Translations under genes and position numbers: made by a program
Shown: one piece after another, positions 30,175 to 45,474 of the stretch
Layout: each line of letters opens with the position of its first letter
How positions within the stretch are numbered: the first letter of the stretch is position 1
The notes under the pieces: model-generated
What the model saw: only the letters and a program-made list of their open reading frames with translations
What the model was told of the DNA's origin: nothing
Database searches by the model: none
NCBI GenBank assembly: GCA_012295275.1
Contig: CM022667.1
Span: 17,236,001 to 17,300,000, forward strand
Origin: Chrysomallon squamiferum
Taxonomy: Eukaryota > Animalia > Mollusca
Direction: 5' to 3'
Length of the DNA stretch: 64,000 bases

Positions 30175-31097
30175 CGAAACAGTTTTTAACTTTGATCTGT
30201 TTCAATCTACAAAATCTGTAATTAAACGTCCGGCACGTGCGAGGGTCAAACGCCCCTCCCATTATTTCTATCCTCGCGAGGGGACTGGATTTGTTTTATG
30301 TCAGATTTTGTAGATTATCTCTAATTATTGGTTACTGAAGCTGTAAATGATTTTGTGATTAGCATTCTGCATGGAAAATGCAACAAGCATGTTTTGTAAA
30401 CAGCTGATAAGAATGATATGTAGTTATTTACTGACAGAGAAAGGAAGGTGTACAGAGACAAACAGGTATGAATAGATTATGTGAAAGGACATAAAGACAG
30501 ACAGATATATAGATATACTGAGAAAAATAGAAATAATAGTAACAAAAATAGTAAATAAATAAATAAATAACAATAAAGACAGCAAAAATGCTAGAAACTA
30601 AGATAAATGATAAAAATAATTTAACGACTTTTCACAAAACCACTGAACTCCCGATTTGTTTAAGATAATATTATTTTTCTTTATTTTCATCTCTTTACTT
30701 ATCTTTTTACTTTGTTTATTTATGTCTTTTTTTTTCTTCCTTTCTTTCTTATTTTTTAACTCCAAATAAAACGATCCACGTGCGTGCCAGAAGTTTATCA
30801 AAGTGTAGACTCGGGTGTCATTTCTCACTGAAGCTTATTATTCAGTATTTAAACACTTAATAAATAAAAAAATGAATTAAAAAAATCATTAAAAAAAAAA
30901 AAAAAATAGAAAAAAAAAAAAGAAGTGCATTGAGAATATGTATTCTGCGGAGTTGAGAACAAATCAATTAGCAAATCACTTGTGTTTTGTTTAAATTCTC
31001 AACACTTGATACAAACGTTTATCACTCGTCGTTTCTTTCTACGAGTGTTCACGTGTAGATGTTGAGTGTATCCGCATCACTTAATCGTCTGTCAGTA

Positions 31098-31149
31098 CGT
31101 ATCAATAGAACGTATCAATAGAACGTATCAATAGTGCGTATCAATAGCG
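31098..31149. repeat. 13-bp minisatellite x4 (CGTATCAATAGnn)
   Basis: cgtatcaatagaa cgtatcaatagaa cgtatcaatagtg cgtatcaatagcg. Confidence 0.9.
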
Positions 31150-32782
31150 CTGCTCACAACACGTGGTTACAAGTCGTAACAGCCGGCTCGTGTTGTTTTC
31201 CTTCTTCAATACAGCTGCATGTCCGTTATACGTTCATGAAGCCGGTTTTGGGGTTTTTTTTTCTTTCTTCCTTTTTTTTTTTTTTCTTCTTTTATCATTA
31301 CTTTCTTTTTTTCTATTCTATCTTTGTTTCTTAATTTTTCTTTAATTCTACCTGATTCGATTTTGGATTTAAAAGAAATATTTAGTAAAACGTACACTCA
31401 GTAAAATGATACCCGTGCAGGATAGAAACAAGTTTTGTCTACCCGTCCGCGCTCGTTACAGACACTAACACATCCCCGGGTCTGCGTTTTAACGACCAGT
31501 CTAGGCCAGTAAAAATAAATCCTTTACACGTTCTGGAATTTTTACACAGAAAAATAGAAACACAGACACAGTCCAGTTTGCTACGCGCTGTAGAAAAATA
31601 TATTTACCAGAATCGCGTCCCGCAATTTAATTTTACTCTCACATTATGTTTCGTCATCAGAAATGATGCATCCATATGCTTAGTTACCTACATGAAATCA
31701 GTCATTCTAATACGATATATACTTCTCAAGTTTGTTTGTAATTTACTTAATGGTTTGTTCAGTTGTAGTGTTATTCGTCGTTCTTACAGGTTACTTGAAA
31801 CAAAAAGGTATGTAAATCTAGAATCTTAGCCTAACTTAGTTTATTACTTAATTAAATATAACGTTCTGTATTTAGCTGAATAGTTACTTGGAAAATCTCA
31901 CTTTGAACATCCTGTATTAAAAGTGTTTACTTATTTGCTGCTCCATACTTAGAACGTTGAAGTGATACTAATAAATGGTCTAACAAACTTCTTCATACTT
32001 CCAAAGCAATGCCACACTGTTTGGGGCGACCTATCATCGCTAATTATAAAACATGCCGTTAGTTTTACTCAGAAGATGTAATTTTTTCATGCAAAACTAG
32101 AAGGGACGTTAGACTGTTATATACAGTGTGACTGAAATAGCTTTATCTTAATCCTTTTCTTCTTATATTTCGTTATTAAGATCAAATGACAAGAAACAAA
32201 AAAAAAAAAAAAAAACAATTTGGAAATATATAAAATGTGTATTGTATTTTACTTAGTTCCTTAGACTGTTTACCAAAGTTTTACTTAATTACATAGATAG
32301 ACAGGTATTTACTTGATTATATTAATTTTCATTTATTTATTGCATTTTTCTATTTACTAACATCGTTACTTAGTTACTTAAATGCAGCACTGTTAATATT
32401 CCACATACATGTACTACTTTTATTTATTTATTTATTTATTACTTTATCTATTTACTCAGTTACTTATTTATATTTAAATGCAATAGTCTACGCTTCACTA
32501 AGATTTTACAAGCTTACCTAAAAATAAAACATCTAGTCCCTATGCATCGCTAACTTAATGCTTAACTGAAATGAAGCTTAATCCAAATACTTAAACATTA
32601 GTTCAGTTTGTTTGTTCGTAGTACCATGACGTTTTACATGGCTTTCATTTTATCAAACAGAGGCAATAAAGTTGAAAAGTTATTGAAATGACAAATTGCT
32701 AGAGATGACCAATTATTTTTAATTTTTTATTATTGATCTAGATATTCACGGTTAAAATTATGTGTGTGTGTCTCTCTCTCTC

Positions 32783-32835
<53 letters not shown>

Positions 32836-33027
32836 AATAATTCAACTAATGATTATTATCTTTCATTTTATAGATATACATATACTATCTATCTAAATAT
32901 ACAATCTGTAAACAGTCTACATATATCATCCATTTGTTATTTTTTGGGGACCAGATCACCCTCATTCTCAGGTATTTTACCGCAAACCATTCAAACTGTA
33001 TAAATTATTTAAAACAAAACAATTATC

Positions 33028-33100
33028 AGCCACCAGTGAGAATCGAACTCACGACCCCTGGTTTACAAGACCAGTGCTCTAACCACTGAGCTATGGTGGC
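33028..33100 (-). tRNA. tRNA-Thr(UGU), copy 5 (A4-U69, D-loop AGTGGTTA)
   Basis: Reverse complement reads GCCACCATAGCTCAGTGGTTAGAGCACTGGTCTTGTAAACCAGGGGTCGTGAGTTCGATTCTCACTGGTGGCT. Downstream TTTTGTTTT. Confidence 0.97.
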
Positions 33101-33319
33101 TGTTGTCTTAGTTCAGAAATTAGAATTATTCGATGGCCGATATATGAAATGTCGTCTCCATGACCTCTGACCTCCATATCAATATGTTCATGAAAGACTA
33201 GTATGAAAAAAATTGATGTGTTTGTGACATCTGGGTTTCAGAAGAATGTGACTGAATACTGTAAATAATGTTTCTTCAAGACAGACTAACAGACAGATGT
33301 TTGTGTGTCTGTGTATGTG

Positions 33320-33423
<104 letters not shown>

Positions 33424-34687
33424 TCATTCACCTAACTCACCTTGGTTAGTAATAGTACAGTAGTAGCTATAGTAGTAATATCTGATGTTACGTCATGGAA
33501 AAACAAAAATAAATAAATAAATAAGGTAATTCGGCTGTTTCCAAACCGATACCAAATTTTGTTTTACGTTCTTTCATTTTAAAATTTGGATTCACACACT
33601 TCACGGATTTCCCACGTTGAACGTAACAAATGTAATGTAATGCTTTGATCGGTCACGCGCGAAACTGCCCAATTACTGTAACAGCGCTAACACACGGCGA
33701 ATCTTTTCGGTTCCAAATTACGTTGGCTGAAACCTTATCCGCAAGTAATACAAGCCGCTTTTCGCTGTACAAATCGCTTATTAAACTGAGCACAAGGTAT
33801 CCAGCAATAGCAAGGACGAATAAGTGGTTTTAATGTGATATCCTGAAAGCGAAGATTAGTTTCAGAACGAGCGAAAAATCGACACCAAAACCGGTAATCG
33901 ATGTGCACGTAGCGCGACGGAATTTTAAAATTCCAAATTATATTTTAAAAAAATATTTGATAGTCTTTATTCTTGTTCGTAACAGCGTTGCGGGAATTGC
34001 ATCCGAAATTTCACTGTACAAGATAAAATCGTTTTCGTGGCTGGACTATTACAAGATAAGTGAGAGGGAAAATTAATGCTTGTGTGCGAGAGAAAAAAAA
34101 AAGAATTCATTGGCTCTTTAACAATGGTCGTCCATGTTAGCCGTGATGACCGAGTCATGAAGACGATATTGCCGCATGCGTTCCGCGCGCGGTTTTTTGT
34201 TCAAGCTGAAATATCTATTAAGTAGTTCTATAAATTAAGCATTTATTTGAAATTCCAGCCAACAATACATCGCTTATTAGTTAATATTGCTGTGTGTTTA
34301 CAATGGGATGAAACATACCAAGCGTACAAAAAGCAAGTAAGATAATGGATATACGTAAACACTGCAATGTTTTTACTAAGATTTTAGATATTTTTATGGA
34401 CGTTGTTTGATTGGTAAATGTCAAGCATTTATAACACTGAGATTGTGGTGTAATTTGGTTCTTGTCTGTCTGCATGGGTTGAAAAAAAAGTATTGAAAAA
34501 ATCCTATTTTAAAGTAGCATTATTACAGGGTTTAACAGAAATACACGACTGTTATTACAAATTATTGTCACGAATTTGTTATAATAATTGCCAGATCATG
34601 AAAGTAATCAACTAATTAAATTAATTCATTACTGCGACTTACTACCAGCTGAAAGGATACAATTATGGGAACGAGATAACATGGTAT

Positions 34688-34811
<124 letters not shown>

Positions 34812-34977
34812 AACATCATATTCCCTCACCTCCCTTTCTTCTACTACAAAGACTCGATTATAGACATGTTTTTTCTTTCCCTTCATGTTCTAAAAATATA
34901 AAAAAAATTAAAATTAAAAATATAAAAATAATAAAATTGTTTATATATATATAATATTTTTTATTTTTTTACTTTTT

Positions 34978-35009
<32 letters not shown>

Positions 35010-35601
35010 CTTCCCGTAATTAATAGTCAGGAATTAAATTTCAAAAGTACAGGATGACTGATATTTAAACTGACGAGAAGGTTGCTGAGTACAGCAGTGA
35101 ACAGACCTCGCAGAAAAGAATCGCTCAACTAAAAATCTTTTTTCTTCATCTTTGTTACCGAGTTGATTTGGTTAGAACATGTCACTGTAGGAGGCAGCCA
35201 CTTATCTCGTGCAGGTAAATGATCCGTTTATGACAAGAAACGTAGTGAAAAAATGCCATACTTCACACATTAAAAACAAACATACGTAGATACACATACA
35301 TACGTACCTACATAATAGGCATGAATACATGAATACAGACATACACACATTTACATACACACAACTACAAACTTACATTTATATGTGCTTACACATTCGT
35401 TCGTCCTCCTTTGCAAGTGTTTTGCCGAATACTGTCGATGTGCAGTATAATCAGATGTATATGAGAATATTAAATGCTAAATACATATGTACCTACCTAC
35501 ATACATACGTACATAGATACATATCTACTCAAAAAGACATATATACATATATGTGTATGTTTGTATGTATGTTCATATGCATATATATGCATAGATAGAT
35601 G

Positions 35602-35659
<58 letters not shown>

Positions 35660-36181
35660 TAGATAGATAGATAGATAGATAATAAGACTGCACGTGTACC
35701 CAGTCACCTCTACACACCCCAGCCCTGTACCTTCTATCAGAATTACAATTAAGCAAACGCCAAACACCGATACTTAAATTGTGTTACGCCAGAACTCCAG
35801 ATTGCTGCAGGTGTGCGAACAGGAATCAGTCGACTTGCTGTATCTTCAGAACCAAAAAAAAAAGTCTTGTACACGTATTTTTCATTTCATTCAGCCCATT
35901 TAAAATAAATGTGTTTCTTTTGTAAACTCTGGCAGGTGCCCTCGTAACATGCAGGAACACACTTTAAATGAGGAAACCATGTTTAAAACTTCTAACGAGA
36001 GACATGGCAAACATCGAAGTAGGTGGCGAAAACGTAGCTTGCGTGAAAACATATGTAACTCAGTGTATACGAGTATGTACGTTCTGTTACACTGTTTATT
36101 TCTGTTACCGGGTGTGAGAGGTCTTGTAGTCACACCTGTGCATGCGTGTGAATGTGTGTGTTTGTGAGTGTGTGTGTATGT

Positions 36182-36213
<32 letters not shown>

Positions 36214-38302
36214 TTGTGTATGTGAAGGTGCGTGCACATATATAAAAGTATTGTTACTATCTCTCTGTGTTTGTTGAATATGTATACCTATATCCATTGT
36301 ATACGCAGTACATTTTATACCTATATGTAAGTTACTATCTGACTGTTATATTATAAATATTTATTTTACAGTATTAGAGAGAATTGGTTTGAAAACAGCT
36401 ACTTTCAAATGACGGCACGAATTTCGAAACTTAATGAGAAATATGATTTTCTGCTTAATATATATTATAATACAGATAATCAAAATACAAATCAGATAAA
36501 GAGAGGGATTATAGGATGAACTTGTTTCAGTTGGATGTATTTTAATTAGAAATGTATTACTCCGTCCTTATTTCTCTCTCTAAGACATTCACTGAGTCTA
36601 TGTCGCTTTTACCTATTCTTTGTCAAGCAGGTAAAGGTTATGAACATATACAGTGATGCATTTTACAAAATTAATCAGTTACTTAGTTTCTCTCTACATA
36701 GCCTATATCTTGTGCACCATACAAATTTCAAAACTGTTTGTTAGAATTACTCTCTAAAAAAATAAAACAACAACCAAAAAAATATATCTAAAAAAATTAA
36801 GAAATTATGATTTCTGTTCCTCTTTTATTTTATTTAAAAAAATAATAGATAAATGACAATTAAAATTAAATAAATAAATAAATATATATATATACACACA
36901 TATATATATATAATAAAAATAAGAAGAAAAAAAAAGAAGACAAATGAAAAGAGAGAAAAAGTAGAAACTTAAAAATATAAATAAAAAATCGACCGAAAAA
37001 GGATAATGAAGCAAAAATTATATCCATCGGGTTTCTCATTCTTCAATTTGTCACTGGATTGTTTGACATTTCCCAGACAGCAATGGCTTTACCAGATCGT
37101 CTGCGAACGTTTGGCTAATCCAAGGAAAATATCTGTGCAAGAAACCCAAACCGAAAACTCGCTTCCAGCTCTTCGCTAAACACTGAAACACTTTGTTTGC
37201 AGCGACAGAATTCAACTTTGAATATCTTAATCTTGTTGAAACGTCAGTCTTGCTTTTCTAATCTGAGTTACCTACAGCAAAATTTGTGGGTTTTTTCGGG
37301 AGATTTTACGAGACCGAAAACAAAGATTAAGTAATTTTTTAAAGTCGACGTCCCGTTAAATGATTTAGCTGTGCACAAGGAGGTTTCTCTGTTTGGTGAT
37401 GCAGCATAAATCACCGTAACTAGCTACTTATTTCTTTGTGTAAATAAGTAAGTAATGGAATGAATGAATGCAGAAAGTAAGGAATACATAACGAAATATA
37501 CAAATAAATAAACAAATACAAAACAGACAAATAACAATACAAAAATACACAGTTAACTAATAAAGTAATTAAATAAACATAAAGAAACAAAAAATGCGTG
37601 CATACATACATACATATATATATTGTATGTATGTATGTATTTATGTATATATACGCACACACACACACACACACACACACATAAACAAACAAACGAAAGC
37701 AAACAAAAACAAGCAACCAAACACAATACAAATAAACACAATGAAAAAATAAAATAAAATAAAATAAAATAAACAAATAAGAAAAAATAAATAAATTTCA
37801 CAAAAAGAAAATGTTCGAAACGATTTTTCTACCAACATTCAAGATGGCGCTTAACTAAATCATTTGTAACAAATAAGAAATATAATCATAATGACTTTTT
37901 ATCTGCACTGTGCAGTTTTTCAAATAAGCCATGATTAGCAACAATCTGAAAACGAGAATGAAGTGTGTGGATGCCTGGCACGCGCACTTGGCACGTGAAA
38001 CAAATTGTGAAGCACACCATCAAGAAGGTTTCTAGAATTTCAGAACCTACAGCTGTCTTTCGTCCGACGATCGTTTTCAAGTCAATAGAGAAACAATCGA
38101 AAGTGGCAAAGAAAAAAAAAAGCTTTAAAATGTGCAACTTGTGATATTCTGTTTCAACCTGCTGGGAGCAGTGAAAAGGGCGGGTACAGAAAAGGTGGGG
38201 GTGCGAATCATTATCACGTTTAGTGAACAAATTAGTTTCATTTTAACAAAAACACTAAAGTGGTAGATTAAAGACGAAAAAGAAATAAATTACTAAATAC
38301 AT

Positions 38303-38352
<50 letters not shown>

Positions 38353-38370
38353 CCGCGCCCAAATCTGTTC

Positions 38371-38420
<50 letters not shown>

Positions 38421-38852
38421 AACACAAACACAAACACACACACATTTATATATTTTTTATTCCTGCTTGAAGTGAAAGAAATCTTTCGTAGCCAGTTTTT
38501 CGACAAACAATAGATAAACCTCGCCGATGTTTTCGCTGTAAACACAGATTTGTGTTTTCAACCGGAGAAATCACATCTTACTTACCTACTTCTTCTTCTC
38601 CGCGAAAAGTGAGACTCTACATTACATTTCAGAGTGGCTTCAGTTGTTTGCCGGATAACGGAGGGGAAAAAAAAGAAAAAAGAAAAAAAAAAAAAAGGAA
38701 AACAAAAGAAGAAAAACACAATAAAGTAATGAAATGAGAAAAAACAAATCCCGAAAGATTTGTGATGACTCTATGGTTTCCTTCGCGTGAAATGGTCAGG
38801 CGACATTTGTCTTGTAAAAGTTTAAAGTTTAGATAACAAAAATGCCACAATC

Positions 38853-38884
<32 letters not shown>

Positions 38885-39540
38885 AATAAAAAACAAAACA
38901 AAGAACGAGAAAGAAGACAAGAAAAGAAAAGAGATAACGACTTGAAGCAAAGTGGAGGAAATTTTTGTCGTAAGAGATGAAATAAATGAAGAAAATAAAA
39001 ATAATCATAATCATAAACAAAAATTAAAAAATTAAAAAACAAAAACGAGCTAAAAGAAAACATACTGAAAATTAAAAGGTCAAACATAAATCTAAAATAG
39101 GGAGAGACACACTTACCTCACCTACCTTTTAAATATGAAGTGATGAGGCAAATTTTAAGTCGTACAAGGAAAAAAAGAAATAAGATAAAAAGATAACGGT
39201 CTGTGCACGTCACACTACGAGAGAGAGGAGTGGGGGGAGAGATAACCGAACTCGGATATCTCTCAATAAACACGATCCAGATCTCGCGTTGTTTTCGCAT
39301 TTCAGCGCGTGCAGTTTCCCAGCTGACAACGTCGGCTTATCTCCCGACGTCCACGGGTCATCCTTGGAGCTTTGCTGTTGTGGTTGGCGATGAGTGTTGC
39401 GATAGCAAGAGACATCAGTTTGTTTGTTTAGCCCGAGGTACTAATGGAGTGAACAAGTACTAGGCCTAAATGGCAAAAGTCTTCCATTTTTAAAACTCGG
39501 TTACTTGGCAACATGTTGTTTATCAGGTCACGTCAACCCC

Positions 39541-39575
<35 letters not shown>

Positions 39576-39850
39576 TTCTTAATTAATTAGTAATATTATG
39601 TTAAGTAATGTCTCGTTATTTATTTTCTTTATTTTCATTCATTCATTTATTGCTGTCGCAATCATTATTGTCGTTGTTGCTGCTGCTACTAACACTACTA
39701 CTGTTATTCCGATGTTGTCGAAGTTGCACTAGAAAAATCAAAACAAAATAAACAGTTATAAAGCTCTGAACATATTAATAATTGCAACGAATACAATAAA
39801 TAAATAAATAAATAAATATATAAATAAATAATTTTGCTATAATATCAGTG

Positions 39851-39892
<42 letters not shown>

Positions 39893-39895
39893 TAC

Positions 39896-39935
<40 letters not shown>

Positions 39936-40242
39936 GGTAAAGATGTAGTAACACACGTATGCATGTTGACATTATCTACATTCGGAAACACAAAAGAACA
40001 ATCATTTATTGATGTAAACAACAGCTTGTGCCGAGTGGTGAATGTTAAGTTAATCGTAACTGACAGTACAGGATTTAAAATACAAATAAGTAAATAAACA
40101 AATATTATTATACATTTAATTTGCGTAATAGTATAAATAGTAGTAGTAGTAGTAAATAGTAGGTAGTTGCAGTAGTAGTAGTATTAATAGTAGGTAGTTG
40201 CAGTAGTGGTAGCAGTAGTAGTAATAGGAGTTGTACTAGCAG

Positions 40243-40283
<41 letters not shown>

Positions 40284-40847
40284 AACAGCAGCAGTGCAAG
40301 ACATAGTAAATATTGCAGAAACTGTTATGTTGTTAATAACAGTAGAACTATAAACAGTAGCATTAATGTCAGTCGGAATGAATTAATGAATAAATAAATT
40401 AAAAAGTTATTATGATTCACGTTTGTTAGTTTAACCATTTTAAATGCAAAACGTACCTTAGTACATTACGGAAAGCTAGGTAACTGAAATAAAGACACAA
40501 CTTTTAGTGTTGCGAAGGTATTACGTCAGTGTGAAATTAAAGAAATCCCTAATGTAGTTTACGGTTGTTATGCACTGAACTAAAGGTAACATACACACAC
40601 AGACATCAAAGATATATACAAATGAATTATATAAATATAATTAAAATATTCATCATCACCATTATCATCATCATCATCATAATGGTTATTGTAAAGTAAG
40701 CAGCGGTTTGTATTTGAATGGTTGACATCCATGGAACGCTTTTCGGAGTACTTTCCATTTCCACAAACTTAGCCACAAGCATTAGTTCCTTGTCTGTGCT
40801 TTTCTGATAGGTAAAAATAACCTGCTTCGTGACGAAAATGGCTTTTC

Positions 40848-40886
<39 letters not shown>

Positions 40887-41090
40887 TTATATGATACTGA
40901 TAATATAAAATCGGTTATAATTTACCCATAACCGTTCGATCATTGTGTTTTAAATAGCAAGTGTTTTGAGGTTTATCTTTGTCGGAATTAACAAATAATG
41001 AGAATGTATTAATTTTGTACATTTTCAAACGTTACTTGTTTTTCTGGTAACAAATTTTCGTCATAATAAAATAGGCAGGATTTGAAATCA

Positions 41091-41149
<59 letters not shown>

Positions 41150-41472
41150 AATAAATAAATAAATAAGAAGAAGAAAAAGTTGTGGTTTTTTTGTGTGTGT
41201 TTTTTTTAACGATACGCTCAGTATAAGATTAACGTTTAAAGCTCTGTTCACACTTCGGTATTTATAAAATTCGTGTTTAATCGAGATGTGAACATCAAAG
41301 AAATATTGGTTTATTTTTCGCCTGTTGTCCCACCACTTAGACGAGTGGATTTGGCCCATTATGTGTGAGTTACTGAGTTTAAAATGATACTACAACAGCG
41401 ATGAAGTAGCAGAAAAAACAGGTTTAATTCACTTTCATACAGCTCGTCTTTCCTTTATTTCCATACTACAGA

Positions 41473-41510
<38 letters not shown>

Positions 41511-41554
41511 ATAATAATAATAACAGAATTTTTTTTTTTTATTTTTTTTTTTTT

Positions 41555-41622
<68 letters not shown>

Positions 41623-42166
41623 GGGGTTTCTTTTTTTTTTGAGTAAAGACACCACGTGCAGACATGGACCGCTACACCGGCAGAGATCAAAGGCATGAAT
41701 TATTTGCACGCGCCGTTACATTTCATGCAATGTATTTGCCTACTATGGAGCAAACATCGTTCATTTCATTTTGAAATAGATGAAGAGAAATGAATTAAGC
41801 AAACAGTGAAATCCACCACTACTGAATAGATCGCCGTACCAGGTTGGGCGTGGTAGTAAGGCCGCTGTGGGTTCCTTTGTTAACACGAAAGAAAGAAGGA
41901 AAAAATGATGGCGACGATGTGTTTAAAAGGGGAAAAAATAAATAATGAAAAGACCGGGCGTTAAAAATTGCTGTTGGATCTCTCACTTTTAGTGTCAATC
42001 CAGATTACGAAATTTCGTTCAATATTTGCTGAAATAAGACATTGAAGTGTGTGTCTATACTCGTCTCCAGTTTTTTGTAATATTTACATTTGTCATCACT
42101 GAGTCTCCAGTACAATCTGCACTAGGATGTGTATATCAAATAATGTCTAAGGAAAGCACAATGGTT

Positions 42167-42238
<72 letters not shown>

Positions 42239-43922
42239 GATGATGATGATGATGGTGATGTCAATCAGAAAAAATATATATATATATTATTACTATCATT
42301 ATTATTGTTGTTGTTGTTGTTTTTAATCCACTATCACCACCAACACAAAACGAACTGCAACAACAACAACAACATAATAATAATAATAATAATAATAATA
42401 AATTACTGATAATTTCCCATTTGAAATGATTAGGAAACAAATGCTCGCTGTTTTTCGGACGTGCAGACGTCTGTGACGTCGTGATTTAAAAGGCAGTGGA
42501 AGCAGCAAACAGTCGCTTGTCGTCCACGTTCTAATAGACAGATTTTCGCGTTCTGCGGAAACCATGATCCTATTCAGAGAAACAGCCAGATGCCAAATAA
42601 GGCACGTTCTTGACACCGTACCCTTAACCCCAGAGCCACCCGACAAAAGATTTCGCTGGAACAGTGATATGAGGGGAGGGGTTTGATGTTTGTCGTATTT
42701 CGTTATTTCATTACCATCGAGTCCTAAAACTTCTTCGCCAGGCACGTTCGTGAGTCTTTTTATCCGCAGTAATTGTCCATAAAGATCGGTTTCAGTGAAC
42801 GGTTGACACTGCCTTGTCACGTGATAGCATGGGCGGGTAACTCTGAAGTGATCAATTGGCTTGGAGACGACAGATCGCCATATTGCCAACTTCTTAATAA
42901 CTTTATGCGCGAAACAGGAGAAATTGCTTTTTGTCTAATCGGTTTGATTCCCATCCAAGTAGTCTGCGGCGGATCCAAATGGAAACCAAGGTGGTTGACG
43001 TGGATTTGAAATTTTAAGTCCTCTGTAGAGGATGACGGCCAATAAAAGCTTTATTTTTGTTTGTTTATTTATTTATTTATTTTGATGTATGGAGAATACA
43101 TTTAATTTTAACGAAATGTAAGAAACTTATATACTGTACGTTTTTCGACCAAAAAAACAAAAAAAAAAAAGAAAACAAAAATATACATACCCCCTCGGCC
43201 TGGCCCTAATCTAAGTCCAATTTTGACGTAAAAGCCGATTTGACACAACATAATATAAAGAAGCAGAGATTTTTTCTTCACAAATTTTCAGTAAACTGTT
43301 TAGAGAAGTGATCGATTTTCATCAAGCACTTGTTAGTGTCACTTTCGTCTCTGTCTTTTTTCTTTTTATTATTAACATTACAGTTTTTTTCTTATTATGT
43401 TCCTTTCTCTCGTCTCTCTGTAAATATCACTTACTGTGTTTGTTATATTTTCAGTAACATTAATTATAACTGTTTACGGTGACAATGACATAAAATAAAT
43501 AAATAAAATAAAATAAAATAAAGCAGAAAAGAAGAAACGAAAAAAAAAAAAACAAAGAAGAAAAATAAGAATCAAGAGGTTTATGTACTCAGTTAATTGT
43601 GTGTGCGCGTGCGTACGTGTTATAATTACTTTTCTGTTTTCTTTGTTTATTTTAATTATATATATATTTAATTCAATTTAAATTATGTATTTATGTTGTC
43701 TTTTTCTGCTAAATGTGAAAGTAAAAACTGATAGTTTGATGATGTTGATTATTTATTATGATTACTCTCTTATCTGTACTTTATTTTTAAACAATAAATA
43801 ATCAGTAATAAGTAAATAAATTAAAAATGAAAAAATAAAAGAAGCAAAAAGAAAAACCAAGACGAAGTAGCAGCAAAAATATGCTGATTTTTTTTAGATT
43901 TTTATTATATTTTTTATTTCTT

Positions 43923-43953
<31 letters not shown>

Positions 43954-44499
43954 TTATTGCAGTTGTTGCTATAAATTAATAATGGAATAGAATTCGTTTA
44001 TATCTGTAATATATTACCAGTTCTTCAAATAAATTATTTTAATTATAGCTTCAGTATGCGTTATATTATTTCTTTGTTTCATAATTGTATTTTAATGATA
44101 TTAATTATGTTTAAAATAAAATATATTTATCTAATACAATTTTCGCATGTTTTATATGAAGCTATTTAATTGAGATTTACTTCAGTGCATTCAGTTATAC
44201 AGTGAGATCAGTTTTCTGAAACCTTTCATCTGTTCGATCAAATTACTGCTCTGGTTTGATCTCTACATTTATTTATTTGCTATTGTTACTTACTGGAATA
44301 TGCTACATTTCAAATAAAACGAAAATGAAATGATTAGATTGCTATCCGCAGTAAATTAACAAGAAGAGCAGTTCAAAGATTAACCAGTCTTTATTTGTCC
44401 CTAATCCCGACTCGGTCTACTTTATATCCACTTAATTGATGCTAATCTACGTCGCGTGCGTCTAAGGGTTCGATGATTTTAATCATAGAACGACAAAAG

Positions 44500-44630
44500 G
44501 TCACTTCCGGTGTAGTCCAAACAACAACATGGAAACTTTGTACCTAACCCGTAACCGACCCCGCCCACCCCGCCCATGCCGCCCACTTCCCATGTATAAG
44601 CGGTGGCTTAACTCGTCTAACAATGGCGCA
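44500..44630 (+). promoter_or_regulatory. Promoter-like cluster: ETS site, three GC boxes, TATA-like element and YY1-like site
   Basis: CACTTCCGGT at 44502; CCCCGCCCACCCCGCCCATGCCGCCCAC at 44559-44586; GTATAAG at 44594; AATGGCG at 44622. Confidence 0.4.
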
Positions 44631-45438
44631 AACATCGGAACTGAAAAAGGAAATCTTTGAAATGTTCGACTTCTTATAATTAATAGCCATTGAAGAAAAT
44701 GCTACGCTTTGTTAAGTTCCAAGAAGGGCCAACACGCGCTCGGGGGCCTTATTTCTTTCCGCGTAAGAACACGCAAATAGAGGAGGGAGTGACAACCAAA
44801 ATGAATTGTCTGGAATTGCCGCGACATATCGCGGAGAACAAATCACTTAAAACATAGCAACAACAGGGACAATAAAATGATAGCAATTGTGTAGTCTAAT
44901 TTTCTTTCTTTCTGTTGCTTTATCTCAAGTGAACATTTTTCTCTTCTTTTTTCCCCCTTTGACGCCTGCGGCATGAAATGTACAACGTAACTCTCGCTTG
45001 TCACGTGTCACTGGATCAGGTGAAAATAAGGGGAAAAAAAACGACATTTCTTTAATTACTTTTTCAAAAGATTCCGATTAAATGGCGTTAATAATCCCTT
45101 TGACAGGGAACTACACGCAGGGAGAGAAAAAAAGAGGAAGGGTTTTGTGTGTGGCAGAAAGAGATGTACAAAAGAAAAGGGGGTACTCATGCGATATGGA
45201 AACGGGTATAATTATAACGAATTGAAACTCTAAATGACTAAAAGGTGTTCAGCTACGTAAAATGATATGAGTGGCTTTTTATATTTTAATTTCTTCTTCT
45301 ACTTATTTTTTTTAATTTGTTATTTAGGAATGCCTTTAGGGTAGCGTAGAGAGATTAAGAACTGGAAGACTACTTGTATGAAAATATATACAATGAAGTT
45401 ATGTCATTTCATATTTTATATACATTAATAAATTAAAA

Positions 45439-45474
<36 letters not shown>

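Noticed and set aside
31098-31149. CRISPR-like array
   Set aside because: The repeats are contiguous without unique spacers, the context is eukaryotic, and there are no cas genes.
42323-42889. 188-aa minus-strand ORF
   Set aside because: No recognisable domain, it runs into a microsatellite, and it has no convincing splice context.
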